A stretch of DNA of 64,000 nucleotides from an uncultured Actinomycetes bacterium (GTDB lineage: Bacteria; Actinomycetota; UBA4738; HRBIN12): the NCBI GenBank assembly GCA_963704885.1, contig CAVPIB010000004.1, positions 1,072,793 through 1,136,792 of the forward strand, read 5' to 3'. The notes beneath the pieces were generated by a model. That model was given only the letters and a program-made list of their open reading frames with translations, made no database searches and was not told the origin of the DNA. Positions 29,277 to 39,725 of this stretch are shown piece after piece. Numbering within the stretch: the first letter of the stretch is position 1; each line of letters opens with the position of its first letter. Made by a program: the position numbers and the translations under genes.

Positions 29277-30284
29277 TCAGTCGAGAAGGCCGAGCACACG
29301 TCCGAAGTTGTCGCCCAGGATCCCATCGATCTTGTGCTGGGGGATCGGCGGCAGCCCGCACGCATCGGCTTCCTCGTTCACACCGACCAACTTCTCCATC
29401 AGCTTCACCGGGTCGTACAGGAACCCGGGGTAGTCGGTACCGAAGAAGATCTTCTCGAGCGGGACGAACATCGGCTCGCAGCGGGACAGCAACAGGAACA
29501 GGTCCCTCCTCGTGATGCTCGCGATCAGGTAGGACAGCTCCGCGTAGAAGTTGGGATGTTTCGTGAGCAGGAACAGAGCCTCGTCGACCCACGGCAGTCC
29601 GCAATGCGCGACGATCACGCGCAGATCCCTGAACACGCGGCCGATATCGTCCAGGAGCGCGGGCCGCCCGAGCTCGAGCTTGGCGTCGATGCGGGTCGAG
29701 CCCGCCTGGTGGATCATCACGGGGATCCCCAGTTCCTGAGCCTTGGCATAGACCGGGAAAGCGACGTCTGGATCGTTGGGCGCCCAATGCTGGTACATCG
29801 GGTAGAGCTTCACTCCCGAGAGTCCGAGCTCGACGACGGCCCGTTCGAGCTCGGCGACCGCCGCCTCTGGTCCGTTGTACATCGGGTTCACCGACGCGAA
29901 CCCGATGAACCGGTCGGGGTCGGTGTGCACGACCGCAGCGATGTAATCGTTGCAGAGGTCGGGGTGCTTCGGCCCGTCGACCCCGAGGAGCCCCGTCGTG
30001 TCGACGGTCCCGATCAGTCGCCCATCCAGCCACTGCGGCGAGATCGCCAGGACGACCACCTTGTCGAACCCGGGGTGATCGCGAAGCGACTCCTCCGGCC
30101 CGATCACCGGCCACCCCTTGCGCGTGAAGCCGCTCGCCTCCCACTCCTCCTCGGTCGGCATCCGGTGCGACGGAAGGAGTCCCATGCTCCTGTAGATGCA
30201 CAGCGACCCCTCGCGGCCGTACTCGATGGTGAACTCCGGATCCTCGGCGAGGCTGAGGATGTGGCTGTGCGCGTCGATGATCAC
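29277..30284 (-). CDS. Amidohydrolase_2 family protein
   Basis: IIDAHSH, KLYP, MIHQAG, IVAHCG, FGTDYP; GTG 30284 overlaps TGA of upstream gene (GTGA). Confidence 0.85.
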   Translation of the reverse strand: MIIDAHSHILSLAEDPEFTIEYGREGSLCIYRSMGLLPSHRMPTEEEWEASGFTRKGWPVIGPEESLRDHPGFDKVVVLAISPQWLDGRLIGTVDTTGLLGVDGPKHPDLCNDYIAAVVHTDPDRFIGFASVNPMYNGPEAAVAELERAVVELGLSGVKLYPMYQHWAPNDPDVAFPVYAKAQELGIPVMIHQAGSTRIDAKLELGRPALLDDIGRVFRDLRVIVAHCGLPWVDEALFLLTKHPNFYAELSYLIASITRRDLFLLLSRCEPMFVPLEKIFFGTDYPGFLYDPVKLMEKLVGVNEEADACGLPPIPQHKIDGILGDNFGRVLGLLD

Positions 30285-31862
30285 GACGCCACTCCCGGTG
30301 GCCGCTTCGCGTTGTAGGCATAGGCGGGCTCGACGGGCATCCCATACCAGCGCTGATAGAAGTCGATCACGTACGGCTCGACCAGCCGACCGAGCTCCGC
30401 CCACCTCTGCACGTCGCTCGGGGAGCCGGTAGACGCGCTCGTGCACCGCTGCCGCGAACCGTTCCTTCACGGCGTCCTCGTCGACAACGGTCACGCGCCC
30501 GCCTTCGACCAGGACGCGGCCCTGCACCATCACCGTGTCGATGTCGGACGCCTCCGCCCGGTCGAGCACCACGTCCAGGAACGGCTCCTGGTCGTAGCGA
30601 CCCGGCGGGAACATGATCCGTTCCTTGTCGACGATCAGCAGGTCGGCCAGCCGGCCGGGCGCGAGGGATCCAAGCCGGTCTTCCATCCCCAGAGCGCGAG
30701 CACCGTTGACGGCGGCAGCCCGAAGCACCGCTTCGCTATCGAGCCGTTGCCGTTCGAACGTGTGTGGCATCCGCTGCAGGTAGCAGGCGAGCCGCAGCTC
30801 CTGGAAGAAGTCCTCGCGATCGGAGAACGAGATGCCGTCCGTGCCGAAGGCGATCCGCCCGCCGGTATCCATGATGTCGCGCACACGACAGATCCCGCTC
30901 GACAACCTGAGGTTCGACCCGGGATCGTTCGACGCGACGGCCCCTGAATCCGCGAAGATCTGTAGCTCGTCGTCCGTCACCCAGACGAAGTGCTCCAGCA
31001 CGGTCTCGGGTGTCAACACCCCGATGTCGGCCAGACGCTGGAGCGCGGGCTTCCCGTACCGCTCGAGGTTGTAGAGCATCTCCGATCGCGTTTCGAGCGC
31101 GTGCGTGATCATCCCCGTTCCGTGCTCGTCCGCCGTTCGTCGGCAGAGACGATAGAGGTCGTCGGAGCACGCCGGTGTCCAGTCCGGCGCCGTCACGATC
31201 CTGAAGCGGTCGTCTCGGCCATGCCAGGTGGAGTGCAGACGCTCGAACGACGCCATCACGTCCTCGATCGGCCAGGCATAGCCCATCGGTGAACCGCGAA
31301 CCTCATCAGCCAGGTCGGCGGGCAGGCGTTCGAGGAAGCGTTCGTTGGGCTCGTGGACGTAGATGTTCTCGTCACGACTCACGAGGCCGAACGCGGTCCG
31401 CATGCCGATGTCCTCGTAGGCCCTCAGCGCCGGAGGGCATCCGAAGTCGGACATGCCCGGCCTCCCGTAGTACATGTCGACCGTCGCGGTCTGCCCACCC
31501 TTCAGCGCGTTGACCAGCCCCCAGAGGACCCCTGTGTAGAGGTCTTCTTCCTCGATGTCGCCGGTCGCCGCCTGGATGAAGACGTTCGCACGCTCGAAGA
31601 TGAACTGATACAGCCCCGGACCGATGGCGAGCTCGGAGTGGTAGTGACAGTTCACGAATCCCGGCATCACGAAGTGGGCGCCCGACCCGAGCACGGCGTC
31701 GAACGGACCCCGACCTTCGAGCTCGGTGCGTGCACCAGCCGCCACGATCGTCGAGCCCTCGACGATCAGCGCGCCGTCGGGGATCAGCGCCTGCTCACCC
31801 AGCGCGACGATCGGGTCACCCAGGATCAGTCTTCGCCCAACGGGTGTATCTACGAGCGTCAT
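30281..31862 (-). CDS. Metal-dependent deaminase/amidohydrolase (AtzA/MTA-SAH deaminase-like; frameshift near 30415)
   Basis: PGFVNCHYH, THALET, EHFVW, FGTDG; shifted frame ends VQRWAELGRLVEPYVIDFYQRWY...PGVAS* at 30281. Confidence 0.82.
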
Positions 31863-31874
31863 CGTGCGGCCTTC

Positions 31875-33200
31875 CTACGAGGGCACGACCATCCTTTCGA
31901 GCACGTGCTGGAACGCAAGGTTCGCCTCGTGCAGAGTGCGTCCCTCATCGATCGTCGTGAACTCTCGGTCGCGGTAGAGGATCTTCCCGTCGACGATCGT
32001 CGTGTTCACCGCACTCCCGTTAGCGGCGAAGACCAGATGTGAGTACAGGTGCGCCTTCGACTCGGGGAACAACGGTGTGAACATCTGGTTGCCGAGGTCC
32101 ACCGTGATCACATCGGCCTTCTTGCCCACCGTCAGCTCGCCCGTGTCGTGCCTAAGCGCAGCGGAACCGTTGCGCGTGGCCATCCGCACCACGTCGGGCG
32201 CCTGCTGCAGGCTTGGGTCCACCCGGCTCGCGCGATGTATCAGCGACGCGAACTTCATCACCTCGAACAGGTCGCGGCTGTTGTTGCACTCAGCGGCGTC
32301 GTGACCGAGCCCGACGTTCAGCCCGGCGGCGAGCATCTCCGGAACGCGGGCGATCCCGTTGCCGAGCTTCGCGTTCGAGGACGGGTTGTGTGAGATCTGC
32401 GTTCCCGTCTCCCGCATCAGCGCGATCTCGGTATCGGAGAGCCAGACGCAGTGCGCCGCGATGCATCGATCGAATAGGATGCCGCAGTCGTACGCGACCT
32501 CGGTCGGACGCCGGCCGAACCGTTCCTTGGAGTTCTCGACCTCGGTCAGTGACTCGTTCAGGTGGATGTGGATCCCCGTATCCAGATCGTCCGCGAGCAT
32601 CCTCGTGTCTCTCAGAAGTCCTTCCGAGGCGAGCGGCAGCCACTCGATGCCGATGTACACCTCGATGCGGCCGTTCGCCGCGCCGTTTGATTGCTCGTAG
32701 GCGGCCTTGTTGTCCTCCAAGGTGTCGAGGTCGTGCTCGTCGTCGGCGACGTCGTTAGACAAGACGGCCCGGATCCCGATCTCCTCCGCCGCCCTGGCCA
32801 GCCCGCCCAACTGGCGGTACATGTCGTTGACCGTCGTTACGCCGCACTTGATCGACTCGCTGTAACTCGCGAGAGCCGCCCAGTAGGCCTCCTCCGGGTT
32901 CAAGGCCCGGATGATCGGATACCAACACGTGTCGAGGTACTCCCACAGCGGCAGGTGGTCGCTCCAGCCCTTGCCGACCGCGGTGTGGTAGTGCAGGTCG
33001 ACGAGGCCGGGGAGGACCGCCTTGTCGGAGGCGTCGATCACGGTCGCGCCGGCCTCTTCGGTCCTGCCGGCGACATCGGCTGCGGTGCCGACGTCGGTGA
33101 TCCGGTCGTTCTCGATCACGACGGTGCCGCCGAAGATCACGTCGTCCGCGTCGTTCATGGTGACCACGGTGCCGTTCTTGATGATGATCCGATCGCTCAT
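31875..33200 (-). CDS. Metal-dependent deaminase/amidohydrolase (MTA/SAH deaminase-like)
   Basis: PGLVDLHYH, HIHLNES, AAHCVW, HNPSSNAKL, GHDAAECNN. Confidence 0.9.
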   Translation of the reverse strand: MSDRIIIKNGTVVTMNDADDVIFGGTVVIENDRITDVGTAADVAGRTEEAGATVIDASDKAVLPGLVDLHYHTAVGKGWSDHLPLWEYLDTCWYPIIRALNPEEAYWAALASYSESIKCGVTTVNDMYRQLGGLARAAEEIGIRAVLSNDVADDEHDLDTLEDNKAAYEQSNGAANGRIEVYIGIEWLPLASEGLLRDTRMLADDLDTGIHIHLNESLTEVENSKERFGRRPTEVAYDCGILFDRCIAAHCVWLSDTEIALMRETGTQISHNPSSNAKLGNGIARVPEMLAAGLNVGLGHDAAECNNSRDLFEVMKFASLIHRASRVDPSLQQAPDVVRMATRNGSAALRHDTGELTVGKKADVITVDLGNQMFTPLFPESKAHLYSHLVFAANGSAVNTTIVDGKILYRDREFTTIDEGRTLHEANLAFQHVLERMVVPS

Positions 33201-33213
33201 CGCGTCCCCCTTC

Positions 33214-34725
33214 CTATCGAGAGATCCCTTGCCCCGACTGGGGCACCGCCGAGGTCAGGTCGACCCAGACCGACTTCGAGTGCAGGTATGGCTCCAACGC
33301 CTCCTCGCCTAGCTCCTTGCCGAACCCGGAGTGCTTCCGACCGCCGAACGGCACCGCGACGTCGAACATCCCGTAGGTGTTGATCCATACGGTGCCGGCG
33401 TCGAGGCGGTCGGCCAGACGCAACGCCTTGCTCACATCCGACGTCCAGATGCCGGAGGCGAGACCGTAGTCGACGCCGTTCGCGAGCGCGAGCAGCTCCT
33501 CCTCGTCCTTCCACGGTATGACCGAAAGAACGGGACCGAAGATCTCCTCCTGGGCGACCTTCATGTCGTTGCGCACCCCGCTGATGACCGTCGGTTCCAG
33601 GAAGAAGCCGCCCTCGTGTCCGCTCACGCTCGCGTCCGAACCCCCGACGACCACGTCCGCGCCCTGCTCCCGGGCCGACTCGACGTAGCTCTTCACGCGC
33701 GTCCGATGGGCCGCCGAGATGAGCGGCCCCATCTGAGTGTCGGGATCGAGGCCGGAGCCCAGTCGGATCTGGCCCGCCCGTTCGCTGACCACGGCTGCGA
33801 GCTCGTCGGCCACCGATGCTTCCACGAAGAGTCGCGACCCGGCGACGCAAGCCTGGCCCTGGTTGAAGAAGATGCCGCCGAAGGCTCCGCTCGCGGCCGC
33901 ATCGAGGTTCGCGTCCGCGAACACGATGTTAGGGCTCTTGCCTCCGAGCTCCAGGGACACGCGCTTCAGACCGTCGGCTGCGCTCCGCATGATCTCCTTC
34001 CCGGTGGCCGTCTGACCCGTGAAGGCGATCTTCTGCACGCCGGGATGCCGCACGAGCGCGGCACCGATGTCGGGTCCCCCGATCACGACGTTGACGACGC
34101 CGGGTGGGAAGCCGGCCTCGTGGACCAACTCCATCAGGCGGAGCGTGGAGAGCGGCGCGAGCTCGGATGGCTTGATCACGATCGTGCAGCCAGCCGCAAG
34201 CGCGGGACCGAGCTTGTAGCCGACCTCCAGCAGCGGGAAGTTCCACGGTGTTATCGCCGCGACGACGCCGACGGGCTCCCGCTTGGCCACCGTGAACATC
34301 CCCGGGATCGAGTTGGGCAGGACCTTCCCCTCGATCTTCGTCGTCCATCCCGCGTAGTAGCGCAGCAGCTCGATCGTCAGCGCGATGTCGACGGCCTCCG
34401 CCTCCCACATCGGCTTGCCGTTGTCCAGGACCTCGATCGTCGCGAACTCGTCCTTGTTCGCCTCGAGGAGGTCGGCGAGCGTCCACATCAGCCGGGCTCG
34501 CTGGGTCGCGGGCGTGGATCGCCACACGTCGAACGCGCGAGCCGCGGCCGCGACCGCGGCATCGACCTCGCGTTCGGTCGCGAGCGGCGCCTCGGCGAGG
34601 GTCTGGCCCGTCGCCGGGTTGATCGTCGCGAGCGAACCGTCCGTCTCCACGAACGCCCCGTCGATGTACAGGCGGAGCGGCCGGTCCAAGAACCCCATCG
34701 TCTGCTCGGAGATCGTGGATGCCAT
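33214..34725 (-). CDS. NAD(P)-dependent aldehyde dehydrogenase
   Basis: ITPWNFP, LELGGKSP, FNQGQAC, EEIFGP, PFGGRKHSGFGKE. Confidence 0.95.
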   Translation of the reverse strand: MASTISEQTMGFLDRPLRLYIDGAFVETDGSLATINPATGQTLAEAPLATEREVDAAVAAAARAFDVWRSTPATQRARLMWTLADLLEANKDEFATIEVLDNGKPMWEAEAVDIALTIELLRYYAGWTTKIEGKVLPNSIPGMFTVAKREPVGVVAAITPWNFPLLEVGYKLGPALAAGCTIVIKPSELAPLSTLRLMELVHEAGFPPGVVNVVIGGPDIGAALVRHPGVQKIAFTGQTATGKEIMRSAADGLKRVSLELGGKSPNIVFADANLDAAASGAFGGIFFNQGQACVAGSRLFVEASVADELAAVVSERAGQIRLGSGLDPDTQMGPLISAAHRTRVKSYVESAREQGADVVVGGSDASVSGHEGGFFLEPTVISGVRNDMKVAQEEIFGPVLSVIPWKDEEELLALANGVDYGLASGIWTSDVSKALRLADRLDAGTVWINTYGMFDVAVPFGGRKHSGFGKELGEEALEPYLHSKSVWVDLTSAVPQSGQGISR

Positions 34726-34741
34726 ATCTCGTTTGCCTCCT

Positions 34742-35770
34742 TCAGCTCGTGAGCTCGAGCACCTGACGCCCCAATACGGCGCGCCTGCGCAGCGCATCGA
34801 GCGCTTCGTGGATCCCTTCGAGCGGATAACGGCCCGCGATGGGCACCGTCAAAGCGCCCGCCGCCGCGAGCGTGAGCGCGTCCTGCAGGTCCAGACGCGT
34901 CGCCGCCACCGTGGACACGAACGACGTCTCCGGCAGGATGAATTCGATCGGATGGATCTCGAGTAACTGGTCCGTGTAGCCCGTCGACACGAAACGCCCG
35001 CCCTTGGCGAGGGACCGGATGCCCGCGTTCATGGTCTGGGTCGTCCCCACGAGCTCGTAGAAGACGTCGGTGCCTCGTCCGTCCGTGAGCGCTCGCACTC
35101 GGTCCGGCACGGTCTCGTAGCTCTCCGGCGAGTCGACCAGCACCCCATCGCTCGCACCATGTGATCTCGCAAGCTCGAGCTTCTCCTCCGAGTCGCCGAT
35201 CGCGATCACTCGTGCGCCGGCGTGGGCCGCCGCCTGAACCACGATGATGCCGACGCCACCGATCCCGTTCACGACCGCGGTGTCTCCCAGGCGCAGCCCC
35301 GAGAGCTTGGTCGCGTGTATCGCCGTCATCCCTGCGCACGTGAGGACGGAGGCGGCCGCCAGGTCGACGTCGTCGGGAACCGGCACGGCGTTCTGCTCGG
35401 GGACGACGACGTACTCGGCGTCGCCTCCGTCCCGGTTGAAACCGAGCTGTTCGGGCTCGTTGTCGCAGATGTTCGTCCGGCCCTTGAGGCACTGCTCGCA
35501 CCGACCGCAGAAGATCTTGTTGTAGATCGCGACGCGCGATCCGGTCGTCAAGGACACTCCATCTCCGACGCCCTCGACCATGCCGGCGGCCTCGTGCCCG
35601 AGCGTCATCGGGTACGGGTCCGGCTTGATCATGCCGTCGAGGATGTGGAGATCGGTCCCACACACACCCGCGGCGTGGATCCGGATCAGCACCTCGCCCG
35701 GCCCCGGGATCGGGTCGTCGATCTCGTCCAAACGCAGAGATAGGTCTTCGTGGATCCGTACCGCACGCAT
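34742..35770 (-). CDS. Zn-dependent alcohol dehydrogenase
   Basis: GVCGTDLH, GHEAAG, CGRCEQC...C, GIGGVG. Confidence 0.93.
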   Translation of the reverse strand: MRAVRIHEDLSLRLDEIDDPIPGPGEVLIRIHAAGVCGTDLHILDGMIKPDPYPMTLGHEAAGMVEGVGDGVSLTTGSRVAIYNKIFCGRCEQCLKGRTNICDNEPEQLGFNRDGGDAEYVVVPEQNAVPVPDDVDLAAASVLTCAGMTAIHATKLSGLRLGDTAVVNGIGGVGIIVVQAAAHAGARVIAIGDSEEKLELARSHGASDGVLVDSPESYETVPDRVRALTDGRGTDVFYELVGTTQTMNAGIRSLAKGGRFVSTGYTDQLLEIHPIEFILPETSFVSTVAATRLDLQDALTLAAAGALTVPIAGRYPLEGIHEALDALRRRAVLGRQVLELTS

Positions 35771-36478
35771 CTACGCTCCTTCTCCCTCGGTGGGACCGGC
35801 AGAATGGTCGTCGCCATACGCCATGTCCCAGAACTCGGCCTCGTACCGTGTGGATCGCTCGAAGATCCGCGAGAGGCTCGCCATGCGGCCCTCGTCGCTC
35901 GGATCGACGAGTCTGTCGAGCAGAGCCGTGCTCTGCGCCACCAGCCCGTCGTATTCGTCGTTGCCGAACATCCCGATCCAGTCGGCGTAGATCGGGTCAT
36001 CCGGCGGGTGCGCCGTGAGCGGCCGCGCCAACTCCCCGTAGCTCCACTGGCACGGCAGCACCGCGGTGAGTCCATCCGCGCAGTCGCCGAGAGCGCAGAC
36101 GGAAAGGAGGTGCCGCGTGTACCCGTAGGTGGCCGGGAACATCTCGCCTCGGCCGGCGAACGTGTCGGGATCACCTCCAAGGCGATCGAGGAAAGCGAGG
36201 TTGGCAGGGATCTCGCCCTCGACGATCCGCGCCTGGAACCTCGTGAGGACCGTGATCGCATCCCGGTCGGGGGCCTTCCCGACGATCATGCCGATGGCTC
36301 GCGCATAGTCCTCGAGATACGGGATGTTCTGAGTGAAGTACCGCCTGAAGGTCTCGTGCGGGAGCGAGCCGTCCGCGATGCCCCTTACCATCGGGTGATG
36401 GACCGCTGCATCCCACGAATCCCTCCCTTGCCGGTGAAGGATCGAAGCCACGCGGCCATCTGGCCGTTCCCCGGTCAC
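35771..36478 (-). CDS. tenA: TenA family protein (thiaminase II / aminopyrimidine aminohydrolase-like)
   Basis: HPMVRGIADGSL, LPCQWSY (catalytic Cys), YADWI, YEAEFWDMAY; QN where QD is usual. Confidence 0.85.
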   Translation of the reverse strand: MTGERPDGRVASILHRQGRDSWDAAVHHPMVRGIADGSLPHETFRRYFTQNIPYLEDYARAIGMIVGKAPDRDAITVLTRFQARIVEGEIPANLAFLDRLGGDPDTFAGRGEMFPATYGYTRHLLSVCALGDCADGLTAVLPCQWSYGELARPLTAHPPDDPIYADWIGMFGNDEYDGLVAQSTALLDRLVDPSDEGRMASLSRIFERSTRYEAEFWDMAYGDDHSAGPTEGEGA

Positions 36479-37194
36479 TCAACCACCTCGTCTTCGAACG
36501 CCGCCCTCGTGGCCAGCTGATCTGCCAGGACGCTGCCGATGTGGACCCGCATCAGCCGCTCCGCCTCGTCCGGATCGCGCGCGACGATCGCCTCCACGAT
36601 CGCTGCGTGTTCCTCGACGGATGACTCGACCCGTCCGGGGATGCTCTCCGTGAGCTTGCCGATCCTCGTGAGGTGCGCCCGCAGGTTGTCGATCAGGGCC
36701 CCGATCCGCTCGTTCTTCACCTGTGCGTACACGATCACGTCGAACCGCTCCAACAGTCCCGCCAGCCCGACCAGATCGCCCGCGTCCCGGAGCTCACGGC
36801 TGCGGTCGACCACGTCGCGCAGCGCGCCGACGGTTTCATGGTTCGACCCCTCGGCAGCTGCACGCGCGGCGGCCCCTTCCAGTAGCGCGCGCAGCTCGTA
36901 GATCTCCATCAGATCCCGCTCCGAGTAGCCCGATACGACCGCGCCTTTGAAGGTGGTCGTCTCCACGAGTCCCTCCAGCTTGAGTCGCGCGAAGGCTTCG
37001 CGGAGCGGCGTCTTGCTCACCCCCAGCTGTTCGGCCAGCGCCGCCTCCCGCAGCGGCTCGCCGGGAAGGAGACGAAGCTCGATGATCGCGTCACGGAGCT
37101 CCTCCCACACCCAATCGGTCATGTTGCGGCGGTCGGGGCGTCCCGTGAACACGGGCCGTTCTTCACTCGTCTCCGCGCTTCGCAGGTCGTCCAT
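36475..37194 (-). CDS. GntR-family transcriptional regulator (FCD)
   Basis: LAEQLGVSKTPLREA, IYELRALLEG, EEHAAIVEAI. Confidence 0.93.
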   Translation of the reverse strand: MDDLRSAETSEERPVFTGRPDRRNMTDWVWEELRDAIIELRLLPGEPLREAALAEQLGVSKTPLREAFARLKLEGLVETTTFKGAVVSGYSERDLMEIYELRALLEGAAARAAAEGSNHETVGALRDVVDRSRELRDAGDLVGLAGLLERFDVIVYAQVKNERIGALIDNLRAHLTRIGKLTESIPGRVESSVEEHAAIVEAIVARDPDEAERLMRVHIGSVLADQLATRAAFEDEVVE

Positions 37195-37646
37195 CAATCG
37201 TCTCCTTGTCCGAACCGGCGTTCATCTCCCGCTGGGGTCGATGCCTCCTCGACGAGCTCGACGAGCACGCCGCCGAAGGCTGCAGGATGCAGGAAGGCGA
37301 TACGCGTTCCCATACCTCCAGGCCGCGGCTCACTATCGATGAGCGGAACGCCGCGCTCAGCCAGGTCGGCGAGCGCCGGCGCGATCGCGTCGACCGCGAA
37401 AGCGACGTGGTGCAGCCCAGGGCCCCGCTTGTCGAGGAACCGCTGGACCGTGCCGTCCCCCGTTGCCTCCAGCGTCTGAACGTACGAGGGTCCGAGCTCG
37501 TACATGCGCTCCAGGAACCCGGGCCCTTCCTCCGCGTGCACGGAGGGACCGATCAGCGATCCGAGCGCGTCCTCGCAGACCGGGTCGTCGCCGTGGGCGA
37601 TCGCGACGTGGTGCAGACCCGTGACGTGCCAGCCCTCGGTGCTCAT
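37194..37646 (-). CDS. VOC-family protein, methylmalonyl-CoA epimerase-like
   Basis: LHHVAIA, FLDKRGPGLHHVAFAV, IAFLHP..FGGVLVELVE. Confidence 0.85.
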   Translation of the reverse strand: MSTEGWHVTGLHHVAIAHGDDPVCEDALGSLIGPSVHAEEGPGFLERMYELGPSYVQTLEATGDGTVQRFLDKRGPGLHHVAFAVDAIAPALADLAERGVPLIDSEPRPGGMGTRIAFLHPAAFGGVLVELVEEASTPAGDERRFGQGDD

Positions 37647-38647
37647 CTGGCGCCTCCCTCCGACGACTGCGTGAAACAACGGGAGAAGGCCTCGACCGTC
37701 TCCATCCGTCGGGCGCCCAGCGGGAAGACGTGGACCGAATCGGCGCCTGCGGCGGCCACGGCCTCGATGCGCTCCCGAGCCTGACTCGCGTTGCCGGCCA
37801 GCGCCACAGCCCGAACGAACTCGTCCGGCAGCAAGCGCGCCGCCTCCTCGGCCTCCTGGAACTCCCCACCCGCGTAGCGTTCGCGGACCTGCTCGATGAG
37901 CGACGACGGGAGGCCCGCGAGCTCACAGATGACGGGAGCCGTCTGCGGGAACCACGCGGCGATCGACCGGGCTGATGCGAGCGCGGCGTCCTCGTCGTCG
38001 TCGATCGCCCCGTACGCGAACACGGCCACGTGCGGCCGCGGTCGCCCCGCCTTCGCGGCGCCCCGGTCCACGTGTTCGAGCGCCCACGCGAGCGCGTCGG
38101 GGAACAGGCCGACGAGCAGGATCACCCCATCGGCGATCTCGCCGGCCAGCTCGAGCGTCTTCGGTCCGCTCGCCGAGATGTAGACGGGGATGTCGGGACG
38201 GGCGCCGAATCGAAGATGCGCGTCGTGAAGCTCGAAGCCTGCGTCCTCGACCGTTACCTCCTCGCCCGACCACAGCGCACGGATCGCGCCGATCGTCGCT
38301 CGGAGCGAGGCGAGTCTCGCCGGTCGCATCCCCAGCGCGAGGAGGGGTCGGTCACCGGCGCCGATCCCCAGGATCATGCGGCCGTCGGAGATCTCGTCCA
38401 CCGTCGCGGCCGCCACCGCCGTGATCGCGGGATGGCGAGTGAGCGGGTTCGTGACGGCGGTCCCGAGCAGTAACCGGGGAGACGTCATCGCCGCGAGGGT
38501 GAGGTAGGCGTAGGAGTTGCGAGCGTGCAGGGACGAATCGGTGAGCCAGAGGTTCGAGTAGCCCAGAGCATCGATCCTTTCGACCATCGATCGGAACTCG
38601 CCGGGCGGATACGCCCCCTGGAGCACCACGCCCGACCGAAGGCTCAT
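37643..38647 (-). CDS. LLM-class (Mer-like) oxidoreductase
   Basis: LWLTDS, GTAVTNPLTRHP, LGIGAGD, SASGPKTLELAGEIADG; ATG 38647 overlaps upstream stop. Confidence 0.88.
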   Translation of the reverse strand: MSLRSGVVLQGAYPPGEFRSMVERIDALGYSNLWLTDSSLHARNSYAYLTLAAMTSPRLLLGTAVTNPLTRHPAITAVAAATVDEISDGRMILGIGAGDRPLLALGMRPARLASLRATIGAIRALWSGEEVTVEDAGFELHDAHLRFGARPDIPVYISASGPKTLELAGEIADGVILLVGLFPDALAWALEHVDRGAAKAGRPRPHVAVFAYGAIDDDEDAALASARSIAAWFPQTAPVICELAGLPSSLIEQVRERYAGGEFQEAEEAARLLPDEFVRAVALAGNASQARERIEAVAAAGADSVHVFPLGARRMETVEAFSRCFTQSSEGGAR

Positions 38648-39725
38648 GCGGAAAGCTCCTCGAACCGCTCGACCGTCCGCGCCAGTGCCCGCACCCCGTC
38701 CTCGATCGGACCCGTCTCGATCCATTCCTCCGGCGTGTGCTCGCCCGATCCTGTGGTCACTCCCACGGCGATCGCCGGGATCCCACGGGCGTGGGCGGCG
38801 TTCGCATCGGTGCTCGTGGGTGGAGTCACCGAAGCTATGCCGACCTCGCCGAGCGCGTCCTGCGCGGCGCGGACGAGGGCATGTTCCTGGTCCACGCGGC
38901 CGGCGGGCCGGTCGCCGAGCACCTCTTGCTCCAGCGAGAGGGGTGGATCTACCTGCATGGCCAAGTCGTCCACCTGGCGCGCCAGCGCCGCGAGAGCATC
39001 CGGATCGTCGGCCCGGAGGTCGAGCTCGAACCACGCCTCGCGTGCCCGCATGTTGATGCCCTCGCCACCGCCGATGCGACCGATGTTCACGGAGGTCCCC
39101 TCGCGGCGAGGGATCGCGGCGATCGACCCGACGAGCTCGGGCGACACGGTGGACCGCGCTCGGCATCTCGGCGGCCTCCCACGCGTGACCACCAGGACCG
39201 CTCACGCGGATGCGACGGCGAACCGATCCGACGCCGACCGTCGACACGCGGCCCAGGTAGTTCCCTTCGACGGCGACGAACCCGGCGACCGGCGAGGGCG
39301 AGGCGTCGAGCGCTGCGATCGCTCCGCGCAGGTTGCCGAGACCCTCTTCACCCACGCTGGCGAGCAGCCAGACGGCCCCTCCATCGTCGTGCGAGCAACG
39401 CGCCGGCCGAGGACAGGGCTGCGACGCCGACGGAGTCGTCGCCGACGCTCGGACCGACGAGCGTCTCGCCTTCGACACGCACGATGTGGGGCACCCCGGA
39501 TCCGAACACGGTGTCGAGGTGTGCGCACAGGATGACGATCGGACCGTCACCACTCCGCGCCCGTCCCCAGACGTTGCCGGCCGCGTCTACGTGCACCTCA
39601 TCGAGCCCATCGAGCTCCCACCACGATCGGACCAACGCGGCTCGCTCCCCTTCGGCCCCCGTCGGCGCGGGCACCTCGGCGATCTCGATCGTTCGACGCA
39701 CCACGGTCTCCGTGACGTCGCTCAC
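38644..39725 (-). CDS. M20/M25/M40 metallo-hydrolase (frameshifts near 39385 and 39150)
   Basis: Motifs spread over three frames: AHLDTVF, GDD, GEEGLGNLRG, GPGGHAW, STDAN, HTPEEW. Confidence 0.78.

Noticed and set aside
28381-30345. 654-aa PPK2 with long N-terminal extension; similar extensions on 2018-3889, 3756-5132, 37643-39553 and 19587-22520
   Set aside because: The extensions overlap real upstream genes in another frame, as expected from stop-codon scarcity at high GC.
29277-31862. 861-aa double-amidohydrolase fusion
   Set aside because: A frameshift near 30415 joins two genes; the alternative frame gives a natural C-terminus with a GTGA stop/start overlap at 30281-30284.
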